Source: an uncultured Syntrophaceae bacterium
Lineage (GTDB): Bacteria; Desulfobacterota; Syntrophia; Syntrophales; PHBD01
NCBI GenBank assembly: GCA_964578535.1
Contig: CAZODI010000001.1
Location: forward strand, 108,338 to 172,337
DNA: 64,000 nucleotides
Direction: 5' to 3'
Shown here: positions 37,270 through 46,270 of the stretch, in pieces
Numbering within the stretch: position 1 is the first letter of the stretch
Layout of the letters: each line of letters begins with the position of its first letter
Position numbers and translations under genes: made by a program
The notes under the pieces: model-generated
Databases searched by the model: none
Seen by the model: only the letters and a program-made list of their open reading frames with translations
What the model was told of the DNA's origin: nothing

Positions 37270-39297
37270 CTACAGCCCGATCTGCTCGTGGACGCCGCAC
37301 ATCGCCGCGAGGGACAGCTCGACGAATTCGGGCAGCGGGATCCCGATCTGCTCGCACTCCAGGATGTTCTCCCGCCGAACCGAGGCCGCAAAGGCCTTCT
37401 CCTTCATCCGCTTCACCACCGACTTCACCTTGACGCTTGCTACCTTTCGGTCGGGCTGAACCAGGGCCGTCGCGGTGATGAGGCCGGTGATCGTCTCGCC
37501 CGCCGCCAGGGCGTGATGAAAATCCGTCTCCCGGGGGAGCTTCGAGGCCGTTTCGTTGTGCCGGAGAATGGCGTCGATCATCTCCGGATCATATCCCCAA
37601 TCGCGAAGGATCCGCTCCGCCTCGATGCCGTGGCGGGTGAGGTCGCCCTCCACCCGTTCGATGTCCAGGTCGTGAAGCAGGCCGGCCATGGCCCACAGTT
37701 CCTCGTTTTTTCCCAGGCGCCGGGCAAGGGAACGCATCACCGCCTCGGATGCAAAGCTGTGGGCGAGCATCCGTTCGTCCGTCACATGGGCCTTGAGCAG
37801 GGCAACCGCTTCTTCACGATCCGGAATCATCGCTTCACCTCCTGTGGTGGGCTTCCTTCCTTTGCCGGCCTTTGATGGCCTGGACGGGCCTGTGTTTGGC
37901 GGCGTCGTGCAGACCCGGTTTTTCCCCCGGCGTTTCGCCTCATACATCAGCGAATCGGCCCGGGTGATGAAGGACCGGGACCCCTCTTCCTCATCGCATT
38001 GGGAGATGCCGATGCTGATGGTCTTGTGAACCTTCTCGCCGTTCCGGGGATGGAAGGGATGGGCCTGGAACACCTCCCGCATTCGCTCGGCCATGATGGT
38101 GGCCTGAACGGTTGACGTCTCCGGCAGGAGGACCACGAACTCCTCGCCTCCGTAGCGGCAGGCAATGTCGGATTTCCGGGTGCACCGGCGGATCGCCGCG
38201 CCAAGGTGCTCGATGACGCGGTCCCCCTCCATGTGGCCGTAGGTGTCGTTGAAGACCTTGAAATCGTCGATGTCGATCATCATCAGGGACAGGGACCGGC
38301 CGTAGCGCTGCGAGCGGGTCATTTCAAGGGTCAGCGCGTTGTAGAAGTGCCGCTGGTTGTAGAGACCCGTCAGGCCGTCGGTGATGCTCAGTTCCTCCAG
38401 GCGCTGGACGCTGTCCCGCAGGGCCTCCTCCATCTGGCGCCGCTTTGTGATGTCCCTCGACATGCCCTGGAGGGCGATGACCTCCCCTCTTTCGTTGCGG
38501 ATGGCCCGGAGCACGTTCTCGAGCCAGAGGACGGAGCCGTTCTTGTGGCAGTATTCCAGCTCAAGCGTCACGGACCGGTCCGGATCGACGCCGGGCAGGC
38601 CGTCGATTTCCAGTTCGTGGGCCAGGCGCTCATAGGCCACCTTGAGCGATTCCGGGGTGAGCTGCTCCTCGACGGTCTGCCGGTAGCGCTCCTCCGGCGT
38701 ATAGCCGAGGACGCGGAAAATCGAGGGGCTGACATATGTTGTCTTCAGGTCCAGTCCCTGCGTCCAGAGGATGTCCCCCATGTTCTCCACCAGGAAACGG
38801 AGCCTCTCCTCGTTTTCCCGGAGGGCATGCTCCGTTTTCAGCCGCTCCGTGATGTCCCGGCCCACGGCCTGATAACCGGCCAGGTTCTGCTCCTCGTCGA
38901 AGACGGCAATGAGCATCCACTGGTACCAGCGAATCTCACCATCCGGATCGGCAATCCGGTACTCCGTCGTAACGACCGGTTTTTCCGGCGTCAGGGCTTT
39001 GTGCTGCGATCTTGCCTGGGTTTGGCTTTCCTGCGGGATGATGTCGTAGATGCTTCTCCCGAGCAAGTCCCCGGGGGACAGGGAAAACCGGGAGCAGAGG
39101 GCTTCGTTGACAAACGACACCGTGCCGTCGGGCAGGCAGCAGATGATGAAATCGAGGGACGTCGACATGGAAATGTGGCGATTCTCGATCCGCCGTTTCA
39201 GGTCATTTCCCCTGACGGGCTGCCGGAAGGTCGATTCCACCGTCGACTCGCCCTCCGGGGCTCCTGAAGGCCCGGGTATGTCGTGCCGATCGCTCAT
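37270..39297 (-). CDS. PAS-PAS-GGDEF diguanylate cyclase fused in frame to a C-terminal HDIG/HD-domain module
   Basis: Active-site GGEEF, an RxxD-like site upstream and two PAS modules. The last 186 aa (from ATG 37830) have the HD signature LLHDLDIE. Confidence 0.8.
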   Translation of the reverse strand: MSDRHDIPGPSGAPEGESTVESTFRQPVRGNDLKRRIENRHISMSTSLDFIICCLPDGTVSFVNEALCSRFSLSPGDLLGRSIYDIIPQESQTQARSQHKALTPEKPVVTTEYRIADPDGEIRWYQWMLIAVFDEEQNLAGYQAVGRDITERLKTEHALRENEERLRFLVENMGDILWTQGLDLKTTYVSPSIFRVLGYTPEERYRQTVEEQLTPESLKVAYERLAHELEIDGLPGVDPDRSVTLELEYCHKNGSVLWLENVLRAIRNERGEVIALQGMSRDITKRRQMEEALRDSVQRLEELSITDGLTGLYNQRHFYNALTLEMTRSQRYGRSLSLMMIDIDDFKVFNDTYGHMEGDRVIEHLGAAIRRCTRKSDIACRYGGEEFVVLLPETSTVQATIMAERMREVFQAHPFHPRNGEKVHKTISIGISQCDEEEGSRSFITRADSLMYEAKRRGKNRVCTTPPNTGPSRPSKAGKGRKPTTGGEAMIPDREEAVALLKAHVTDERMLAHSFASEAVMRSLARRLGKNEELWAMAGLLHDLDIERVEGDLTRHGIEAERILRDWGYDPEMIDAILRHNETASKLPRETDFHHALAAGETITGLITATALVQPDRKVASVKVKSVVKRMKEKAFAASVRRENILECEQIGIPLPEFVELSLAAMCGVHEQIGL

Positions 39298-39405
39298 AGT
39301 GAATCTTCAATGCATTCGGATGGTTGATAATTGTCTGGTCCATCACGGCCGTTCTTCTTAGCGTGGCGGCCGGTTGCCGTCAACGGAAAAAGATGCCGCC
39401 GACGA

Positions 39406-40015
39406 TCAGGAAACGGCACCGTGTTTCCGCAGCAGCTGCACCACGGCACCGGCGACCCTTCGGTAGCCTTCCGCGTTGGGATGAATCGGGTCCCCCTTGA
39501 GGCCTCCGTCGGACAGGACGTCTGTAAGCACCCGATCTTCCAGGGGGACTTTCATCTCGCCGGCGATCTCCCGGTAGAGAGCGGGCGGCTTGAGGAGGAG
39601 ACCCGGTGCGGGAACGGCCAGCAGAACCACGGCCGCGCCCTTTTCCCGGGCGAGGACGATCATGGCGCGCAGGTTCCTCGCCGTTTCGCGGGTGTCCATC
39701 CGCCTCAGGAAGTCGTTGCCGCCGTGGCAGAGAATCACCACATCCGGCCTTGTCTCGGCGAGGACGGCGGGGAGCCTCCGGAGTCCCTCCGCGGACACCT
39801 CGCCCGGCACGCCGGATCGGACAACCCGGATCTTCAGGAGCCCTTCCAGGACCTCCGGGTAGCTTTGTCCGGGACCCGCCCCGTTGCCGGCGGTCAGGCT
39901 GTCGCCGAAGGCCAGGATGGTTTTCCCGGAATCGAGCCGCGGCAGCCGCTCCCGGTCGGAGCAGCCGGCAAGGAAGGCCAGGAGTAGAAGAAGGAGAACC
40001 AGCCCGCCGGCGCAT
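39406..40015 (-). CDS. SGNH/GDSL hydrolase (TesA-like arylesterase/lysophospholipase), probable lipoprotein; N-terminus needs a 1-nt frame correction
   Basis: Block I ILAFGDSLTAGNG, block III CHGGNDF and block V DPIHPNAEGY. The hydrophobic lipobox LLLLAFLAGCS is in frame, but the only nearby ATG (40015, MRRRAG) is in the +1 frame. Confidence 0.7.
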
Positions 40016-40146
40016 CGGCGGGACGGGGTGCGAAGGCTATCCGTTGCAGAGACAGGGTCGTTTCGGGTAGAGGAAGAAAGCGCCGCCCCGGCCGTGCGGG
40101 GGTGCGAAACACCGGCCACCGGAAGGCGGGGAAGAAGGAGGGGACG

Positions 40147-40785
40147 ATGATCCTGTATGCCGTGGCGGACATTCATGGAAAAAAGGAGAACCTCGATCGA
40201 ATCGAGAGGACCGTTCGGGAACGCAGGCCCGACGCCGTCATCGCCGCCGGGGACGTGGCAACGCGGCGGGATGCCGCTCCCGTCCTGGAGCGGTTGGACG
40301 GCCTGGCCGTTCCGGTCATGCTTGTCCGCGGCAACATGGACCCTCCCGGCCTGGACGCCGAGGCGGAGAGATACGGGAACATCCGGTCTCTCCACCACAG
40401 CGAGATCGTGATCGGAGGCGTTCCGTTCACCGGGATCAGCGGTACGATCCCCGTTCCCTTTCGCACCCGCATTACGTTCCGGGAAGACCGGGAGCTCGCG
40501 GTCCTGATGCCGCGGGTCCGTCGGGATACGGTCCTGGTCGCCCATCCCCCGCCGCTGGGCATTCTCGACCGGGCCTTCGGGATGCTTCACGCCGGTTCGC
40601 CGGGCCTTCGGGACTTCATCCGGCAGACGGAGCCGCGCCTCCTTGTCTGCGGTCACATTCACGAGGCGGCCGGAGCGGAGCGGATGGGGCGTACCCTGGT
40701 CGTCAACGCCGCCATGGGGAGAAGGGGAGGAGGAGCGTTGATCCACCTGGGGCAGGATGACGACATCCGCCTGGAATGGCCATAA
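40147..40785 (+). CDS. Metallophosphoesterase (calcineurin-like)
   Basis: Motifs DIHG, GDV, GNMD and GHIHE. The ATG is preceded by GAAGGAGGGG. Confidence 0.8.
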   Translation: MILYAVADIHGKKENLDRIERTVRERRPDAVIAAGDVATRRDAAPVLERLDGLAVPVMLVRGNMDPPGLDAEAERYGNIRSLHHSEIVIGGVPFTGISGTIPVPFRTRITFREDRELAVLMPRVRRDTVLVAHPPPLGILDRAFGMLHAGSPGLRDFIRQTEPRLLVCGHIHEAAGAERMGRTLVVNAAMGRRGGGALIHLGQDDDIRLEWP

Positions 40786-40846
40786 GGCGGAACGGCCACG
40801 GATTTCTCCGGTCCACAAACGGCCGGAGACCCTCCGGGGATTCCGC

Positions 40847-41761
40847 TTATTCCTCCGGCATCCTCTCGTGCGGTACGTCCAGCCAGTTGCCCGAGGGGAT
40901 GGGGCTCATGCCGGCCGGCGTTCCGTCGTAGAGGTACGCCCAGGCCGTATAGGAGTTCCCGTCTTCCGCCCGGACCCGGACGATGGCGCGCCGGAAGAGG
41001 GAGCCGGTGGATCCGTAGCGCCGGACGGTCTCGACGATGTCCAGCATCTCGAAGGCCTTTTTCAGGTCCACCAGGGGATAGATCTCACCCTGAATCTCCT
41101 GGCCCTCGCGTTCCGCCGGAAACATGGCCGGAAACCCCTTTCCACTCGCGTAGAGCGTTCCCGGAGCCTTTGCCCGCATACCCGCACTCTGGTTGCACCA
41201 GTGCTCCAGGATGTGATGCCGGACCTCTCCTTCCATCAGGGTGCCGTATACAAAGAGCTTGTCGATGTACCACGGTGGTTCCTTCCCTTGGGAAACCGGC
41301 CGAAGCATGAGGTCGGTGAATCCGTGTGCCGTGAGCCCCTCCTTGACGATCCCGACATACTCCGCCGTGGGCTTGACGAATCCGCCCTCCGTCAGGGAGG
41401 TGTCGACCTGGTATGTGACGGCGGAATGCTCCCGCCCGTCCTCCGTCAGGGCGACGACGTCGAGATGCTTGTAGTCCCTGGGGGCGCTTACCCTCCGGTC
41501 CATGATCTTCCAGCCCTCGGACGTCATGTGGTATAAGACGCCCGGGGTGGCCTGGCCGAGCCGGTGTCGGATGTTGAGGGAACCGCCCTCCCGGACGGGA
41601 GAGGGGAGATTGAAAACGATCTGCGTGTCCGGCAGGTAGGCCCGGGCGAAAACCGGTCCCAGCGGGTAGGGCTGGTCGTTTTCCCGGCACCATTGGCGGA
41701 CATCCGCCTCATTCATGTTCGTACCGTACGAAAAGTAAAAAATGTCCTGACCGGGTTCCAT
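40847..41761 (-). CDS. Tandem gamma-glutamylcyclotransferase (GGCT/AIG2-like) domain protein
   Basis: Two copies of the YGTxM signature (FYFSYGTNMN and LFVYGTLMEGE). Start trimmed to MEPGQDIF, with a GGGGGAAG RBS. Confidence 0.7.
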   Translation of the reverse strand: MEPGQDIFYFSYGTNMNEADVRQWCRENDQPYPLGPVFARAYLPDTQIVFNLPSPVREGGSLNIRHRLGQATPGVLYHMTSEGWKIMDRRVSAPRDYKHLDVVALTEDGREHSAVTYQVDTSLTEGGFVKPTAEYVGIVKEGLTAHGFTDLMLRPVSQGKEPPWYIDKLFVYGTLMEGEVRHHILEHWCNQSAGMRAKAPGTLYASGKGFPAMFPAEREGQEIQGEIYPLVDLKKAFEMLDIVETVRRYGSTGSLFRRAIVRVRAEDGNSYTAWAYLYDGTPAGMSPIPSGNWLDVPHERMPEE

Positions 41762-41860
41762 GTGCTTCCCCCTGTTGAAGGGCTCCCGCCCATGATGGAG
41801 GGGGAATATAGCACAAGGCAAAACGGATTGGAAACGACTTCCCTTCGCGGAGGTGCGGGC

Positions 41861-42346
41861 GTGGAAGCAGACGGCGTTGTGAAGCTGATTGTCGACGGGA
41901 ACCTGGGGAAACTGGCCCGATGGCTGCGGGCCCTGGGGTGCGACGCGGTCAGCCATGCGGGCCGCGCGGACCGCTTTCTGCTCCGGAGGGCGCTTCTGGA
42001 AGAGCGGATTGCGGTCACGAAGAGCCGGACCCTGGCGACGAGGCCGTTCCGGGGGCGGCTGGTCCTGATCACGGCGGACCGCTGGGAGGAGCAGCTTGCG
42101 GAAGCGGCGGCCGCTCTCGATCTGTCATTCGATCCCCGCGCCGTCCTGGGGCGATGCCTGGACTGCAACGAGGTGCTGTCGGACGTGGAGAAGGGAGCGG
42201 TGGAGGGGCTGGTCCCCGCCTACGTCCTGGAGACGCAGCCGAACTTCCGGAGATGCGGACATTGCGGGCGGGTCTACTGGGCCGGGAGCCACGCGGAGAG
42301 GATGCTCCGTGTCATGAGGAGCCGCATTCCGTCTCGTCCCCCTTGA
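41861..42346 (+). CDS. Mut7-C RNase-domain protein (PIN-like + C-terminal zinc ribbon, DUF82)
   Basis: LIVDGNLGKLARWLRALGCD plus CLDCN...CGHCGRVYWAGSH. GTG 41861 is preceded by GGAGGTG. Confidence 0.75.
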   Translation: MEADGVVKLIVDGNLGKLARWLRALGCDAVSHAGRADRFLLRRALLEERIAVTKSRTLATRPFRGRLVLITADRWEEQLAEAAAALDLSFDPRAVLGRCLDCNEVLSDVEKGAVEGLVPAYVLETQPNFRRCGHCGRVYWAGSHAERMLRVMRSRIPSRPP

Positions 42347-42806
42347 TCTTTTCGACGGCGTGGGGAATGGCCGGCAGGAGCACCTCGAGATTCTCCCGGG
42401 CACCCCTCGGGCTGCCGGGGAGATTGACGATCAGCGAGGTGCCGCGGATGCCCACGATGGCTCGGGAAATCATGGCATGGGGCGTCTTCGCGGCGCTGGC
42501 CCTGCGCATGGCCTCCGCCATGCCGGGGATCTCCTTCTGAATGACGGCGAGCGTCGCGTCCGGCGTCACGTCGCGGGGGCTGACCCCCGTTCCGCCGGTC
42601 GTGACGATCAGGTCCAGCTTTTCCTCATCGGCGAAGCGGACCAGGATCTCTCGGATCCGGTCCGTCTCGTCGGGCACGATCGCCGCCTGCTCGATCCGGC
42701 AGCCGATCCCCTGAAGCAGGCGGGCCACCTCGGGTCCGCTCAAGTCCTCCCGGGCTCCCTGGGATCCACGGTCGCTGACCGTGATGACGCCGGCACGGAT
42801 GATCAT
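42312..42806 (-). CDS. MogA/MoaB-family molybdenum cofactor biosynthesis protein
   Basis: MIIRAGVITVSDRGS...TTGGTGVSPRDVTPDAT...PGSP motifs. The ATG overlaps the upstream EF-G-like stop (ATGA). Confidence 0.85.
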   Translation of the reverse strand: MIIRAGVITVSDRGSQGAREDLSGPEVARLLQGIGCRIEQAAIVPDETDRIREILVRFADEEKLDLIVTTGGTGVSPRDVTPDATLAVIQKEIPGMAEAMRRASAAKTPHAMISRAIVGIRGTSLIVNLPGSPRGARENLEVLLPAIPHAVEKIKGDETECGSS

Positions 42807-44899
42807 TTTTCCGCCGCTTCTTTCTCCTTCTTCGCCTCGGCGATCACCTTCTCGGCGATCTGCGCCGGGACTTCCTCGTAGTGGGAGAACTCGTAGGTGA
42901 AGGTTCCCCGGCCGCTCGTCATGGAGCGCAGGTCCGGGGCGTATTTCAGGATCTCCGCCAGCGGGATGCTGGCCTTGACGATCTGGTTCGATCCCTTCGA
43001 GTCCATGCCGAGGACGCGGCCCCGGCGGGAGTTCAGGTCGCCGATGATGTCGCCCATGTACTCGTCGGGGATCTCGATGTCGATGTTGACGATGGGTTCC
43101 AGCAGGGTGGGCTGGCATTCCAGGACGGCCTTCTTGAAGCCCATGGACCCGGCGATCTTGAAGGCCATTTCCGACGAGTCCACCGTGTGGTACGAGCCGT
43201 CCACGAGGGCGACCTTCAAATCCACCGTCGGATAGCCTGCCAGGACCCCTTCCTCCATCGCCTCCACGATGCCCTTTTCCACGGCCGGCCGGTACTGCTG
43301 GGGAACGACGCCGCCGACGATCTTGTCGGCAAACTCAAAGCCGCCGCCCCGGGGAAGGGGCTCCACGTCCAGCCAGACGTCGCCGAACTGGCCCCGCCCG
43401 CCGGACTGCTTCTTGTACCGTCCCTGGATGCCCATCTTCGCCTTCTTGATGGTTTCCTTGTAGGGGACCTTGGGCGTCTTGAGGTTCACTTCGACGCCGA
43501 ACTTCCGCTTCATCTTCTCGACGGTGACCTCGATGTGGACCTGGCCGGTCCCGGAGAGGATCATCTCTTTGGTCTGCTCGTCGCGCCGGTAGGTCAGGGT
43601 CGGGTCTTCTTCGATGAGCCGGTTGATGGACGAGACGATCTTTTCCTCGTCGCCCCGGGAGCGGGGCTCGATGGCAAAGGACATGACCGCTGCCGGCGTC
43701 GGAATCCGCGGCAGAACGATGGGAGCCTTCTCGAAGCAGAGCGTATCTCCCGTCAGGGTTTCCTTGAGCTTCGCAACGGCTGCGATGTCGCCCGGAACCA
43801 GGGGATCATCCGTGGGTTTCTGGATCTTGCCTTCGAGGAAGAAGATGTTTCCGAACCGCTCCGTGGTCTTGTGGGTCGGGTTGAAGAACGTGGCGTCGGA
43901 GGTCACCGTGCCCGAGTAGACGCGGAAGATGGTTACCCGGCCGGCGTAGGGATCGGCGATGGTCTTGAACACACGGGCCGCGAAGGGGGCCGAGGGATCG
44001 GGAAGCCTTTCCTCCAGTTCCTCCGTCCCGGGTTTCGTGCCCGTGACGGCGCCCCGGTCCACCGGGGAGGGGAACAGCCGGACCATCAGGTCCATCACGA
44101 GGGAGGTGCCGATGTTCTTGAGGGCGGACGTGCAGACGACCGGGACCACGGAACCCGAGAGCACGCCTTTCCGCAGCCCCTGCTGGAGCTCTTCGGCGCT
44201 GAGCTCTCCCGATTCCAGGTACTTGTCCATCAGGGTTTCGTCCGTTTCGGCGATGTCCTCGACCATGGTGCCCCGGTATTTTTCCACCTGGGCGGCCAGG
44301 TCGGCGGGGATGTCCGCCGGCTTGAAGGTGCCTTTCCCTTCGTCGAAGAGGAAGGCCTTTCCCGCCACCAGGTCCACCACACCCTTGAATTCGGCCTCCT
44401 TGCCGATGGGCAGCATCAGGGGGGTGACCTTCCGGCCGAGCTTGGCCCCGATGCTCTCGACGGCCTTCCCGAAATCCGCCCGCTCGCGATCCAGCCGGTT
44501 GATGACGGCGATCCGGGGCAGTGTATAGGAATCGGCGGCTTCCCAGGCCTTGATCGTCTGAAACTCGACGCCGCTGACGGCGTCGACGACCACGAGAACC
44601 GCATCGGCGTGGGCCAGGCAGCCCATCATGTCGTAGGCAAAATTGGAGTCTCCCGGGGAGTCGAGCAGATTCACCTTGTGCTTGTCCCACTCGAAAAAAT
44701 TCACCGCGGTGTTGATGGAGCTGCGCCGTTTGTGCTCCTCCGGCTCGAAGTCCATCGATGAGCTTCCGTCGTCCACGCGGCCGAGGCGCTCCGTCTTGCC
44801 GGAAACGAACAGGAAAGACTCGCACAGCGTCGTCTTGCCCGTTCCTCCGTGACCTGCAACGGCAACGTTCCTCAAGGCTTGTGACTCGTATTTTGCCAT
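42803..44899 (-). CDS. Elongation factor G paralogue (EF-G2-type translational GTPase)
   Basis: G1 AGHGGTGKTT (non-canonical relative to AHIDAGKTT), G3 DSPGDSNF, G4 NRLD, and EF-G domains II-V. The ATG is preceded by AAGGAG. Confidence 0.85.
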   Translation of the reverse strand: MAKYESQALRNVAVAGHGGTGKTTLCESFLFVSGKTERLGRVDDGSSSMDFEPEEHKRRSSINTAVNFFEWDKHKVNLLDSPGDSNFAYDMMGCLAHADAVLVVVDAVSGVEFQTIKAWEAADSYTLPRIAVINRLDRERADFGKAVESIGAKLGRKVTPLMLPIGKEAEFKGVVDLVAGKAFLFDEGKGTFKPADIPADLAAQVEKYRGTMVEDIAETDETLMDKYLESGELSAEELQQGLRKGVLSGSVVPVVCTSALKNIGTSLVMDLMVRLFPSPVDRGAVTGTKPGTEELEERLPDPSAPFAARVFKTIADPYAGRVTIFRVYSGTVTSDATFFNPTHKTTERFGNIFFLEGKIQKPTDDPLVPGDIAAVAKLKETLTGDTLCFEKAPIVLPRIPTPAAVMSFAIEPRSRGDEEKIVSSINRLIEEDPTLTYRRDEQTKEMILSGTGQVHIEVTVEKMKRKFGVEVNLKTPKVPYKETIKKAKMGIQGRYKKQSGGRGQFGDVWLDVEPLPRGGGFEFADKIVGGVVPQQYRPAVEKGIVEAMEEGVLAGYPTVDLKVALVDGSYHTVDSSEMAFKIAGSMGFKKAVLECQPTLLEPIVNIDIEIPDEYMGDIIGDLNSRRGRVLGMDSKGSNQIVKASIPLAEILKYAPDLRSMTSGRGTFTYEFSHYEEVPAQIAEKVIAEAKKEKEAAEK

Positions 44900-45010
44900 G
44901 GTTGCTCCTTTCAGATTCAATGGAAGGGTCCTGTCCGAAGACCCTGGTGTTTAGCCAAGATCGGCGCGCCAAGTCAAGACAATTTTCGGCATCGGAGAGG
45001 GAAGGGAACA

Positions 45011-45038
45011 TTGACAATTTGACGCTGCGGCTTATGTT
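45011..45038 (+). promoter_or_regulatory. sigma-70-like promoter candidate for the ferritin gene
   Basis: TTGACA-N16-TATGTT, about 75 nt upstream of ATG 45112. Confidence 0.35.
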
Positions 45039-45111
45039 TATTCGACAAGGGAAAATGAGGCGGAAACCATTTGTCCCGGACGGTCCGGAAACGAGAAAAG
45101 GAGGCACGGCG

Positions 45112-45648
45112 ATGATCGGAAAGAAAGTTCACCAGGCAATGAATGAGCAGATCCGTCACGAATTGGAGTCCTATTATATCTATCTGTCCATGGCTGCCTG
45201 GTTCCACGCGCAGAACCTGGACGGGATGGCCCACTGGATGCGTTGCCAGGCCCACGAGGAGATGATCCACGCGATGAAGTTCATGGACCACATCCTGGAT
45301 CGCGGCGGAGCGGTGAAGCTTCAGGACCTCAAGCAGATCAAGACGTCCTGGAACTCCGTCCCGGAGATCTGGCAGGATACCCTGGCCCATGAGCAGTTCA
45401 TCACCGGCAAGATCCACGGGATCGTCAAGACAGCCCGGGCGGAAAGCGATTACGCCTCCGACACGCTTCTGAACTGGTTCACGAAGGAGCAGGTGGAGGA
45501 GGAGGCGACGGCGGAGAAGATCCTCCGGCAGATCGAAATGATCGGTCACACGAAGGAGGGGTTGTTCATGCTGGACAAGGAACTGGGAGCGAGAATGTTT
45601 CCGGCCGGCTCCCCGCTGGACCCGGCTGCGTACAACCTGGCGACCTGA
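45112..45648 (+). CDS. ftn: Ferritin (non-haem, Ftn type)
   Basis: Ferroxidase-centre residues lie in NEQIRHELESYYIYLSMA...HEEMIHAMKF...EQVEEE. RBS AAAGGAGG. Confidence 0.85.
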   Translation: MIGKKVHQAMNEQIRHELESYYIYLSMAAWFHAQNLDGMAHWMRCQAHEEMIHAMKFMDHILDRGGAVKLQDLKQIKTSWNSVPEIWQDTLAHEQFITGKIHGIVKTARAESDYASDTLLNWFTKEQVEEEATAEKILRQIEMIGHTKEGLFMLDKELGARMFPAGSPLDPAAYNLAT

Positions 45649-45674
45649 ACGGGCAAAGTGCCACACGGCAATGA

Positions 45675-45701
45675 GGGGGGCGGATTTCCGATCCGTCCCC
45701 C
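45675..45701 (+). terminator. Palindromic element copy / terminator after the ferritin gene
   Basis: GGGGGGCGGATTTCCGATCCGTCCCCC followed by TTCCTTTGTTTTTT. Confidence 0.6.
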
Positions 45702-46208
45702 TTCCTTTGTTTTTTCCCTTTTTTAGAAAATCAGATGTGGATGGGGGGCCGGCATGTGGGAGATGGGCTTCCCTCGCGCTCAGGAGCGTTTTTTCGACCC
45801 TGCAGCGTCTCGCTCCGCTGCAAAGTCATAACTCGCGCCTGGCGGCGCTCAGACAGATGACTTTGCGGGCGCTTCGCTGCGACGGCAGGGTGCCCCGAAA
45901 AAGCCGCTATTCGCGCTCCGGGAAGCCCCTCCTCCCGGACCAACGTTCGCGGGGGCGCGACCGGGGGTTCCCAGAGGAGCGATCAGGACGCCCTTGTGGG
46001 AGCAGTTGGCGGGCTGTTCAAAAACGACCGGATGCAAGGCCCCCGAAATCCTGAGCCATGAGTCGTACCCTTTTCGGTACGTCGAATGGCGAAGGATGAG
46101 GGAAACGCCGCAGACGGGTGTTTTTCAACAGCTCGTCCGGAAACGTTTCCGCGACGGCGGCCGCCCCCGTGGCAGCCCCCGTGCCCTGATGCGAAGTCAA
46201 AGAAAATA

Positions 46209-46235
46209 GGGGGGCGGATTCGAAATCCGTCCCCC
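46209..46235 (-). terminator. Palindromic element copy / terminator after the PMM/PGM gene
   Basis: GGGGGGCGGATTCGAAATCCGTCCCCC. On the minus strand it is followed by TATTTTCTTT and lies 36 nt after the stop at 46271. Confidence 0.6.
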
Positions 46236-46270
46236 TATCCATTCTGGACCTGTTTTCCTGTGAAGCGACG

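Noticed and set aside
39406-40818. 470-aa minus-strand ORF
   Set aside because: Only the last 200 codons or so (SGNH hydrolase) look real. The upstream two thirds are antisense to the well-supported metallophosphoesterase gene (40147..40785).
45671-46242. ORFs 45671..46054 (+), 45731..45943 (-), 45849..46037 (-), 46018..46242 (-) and 46086..46622 (+) as genes
   Set aside because: They overlap one another, are Arg/Ser/Pro-rich, and start or end inside palindromic elements (GADFRSVP-type peptides). The region is better explained as structured non-coding DNA.
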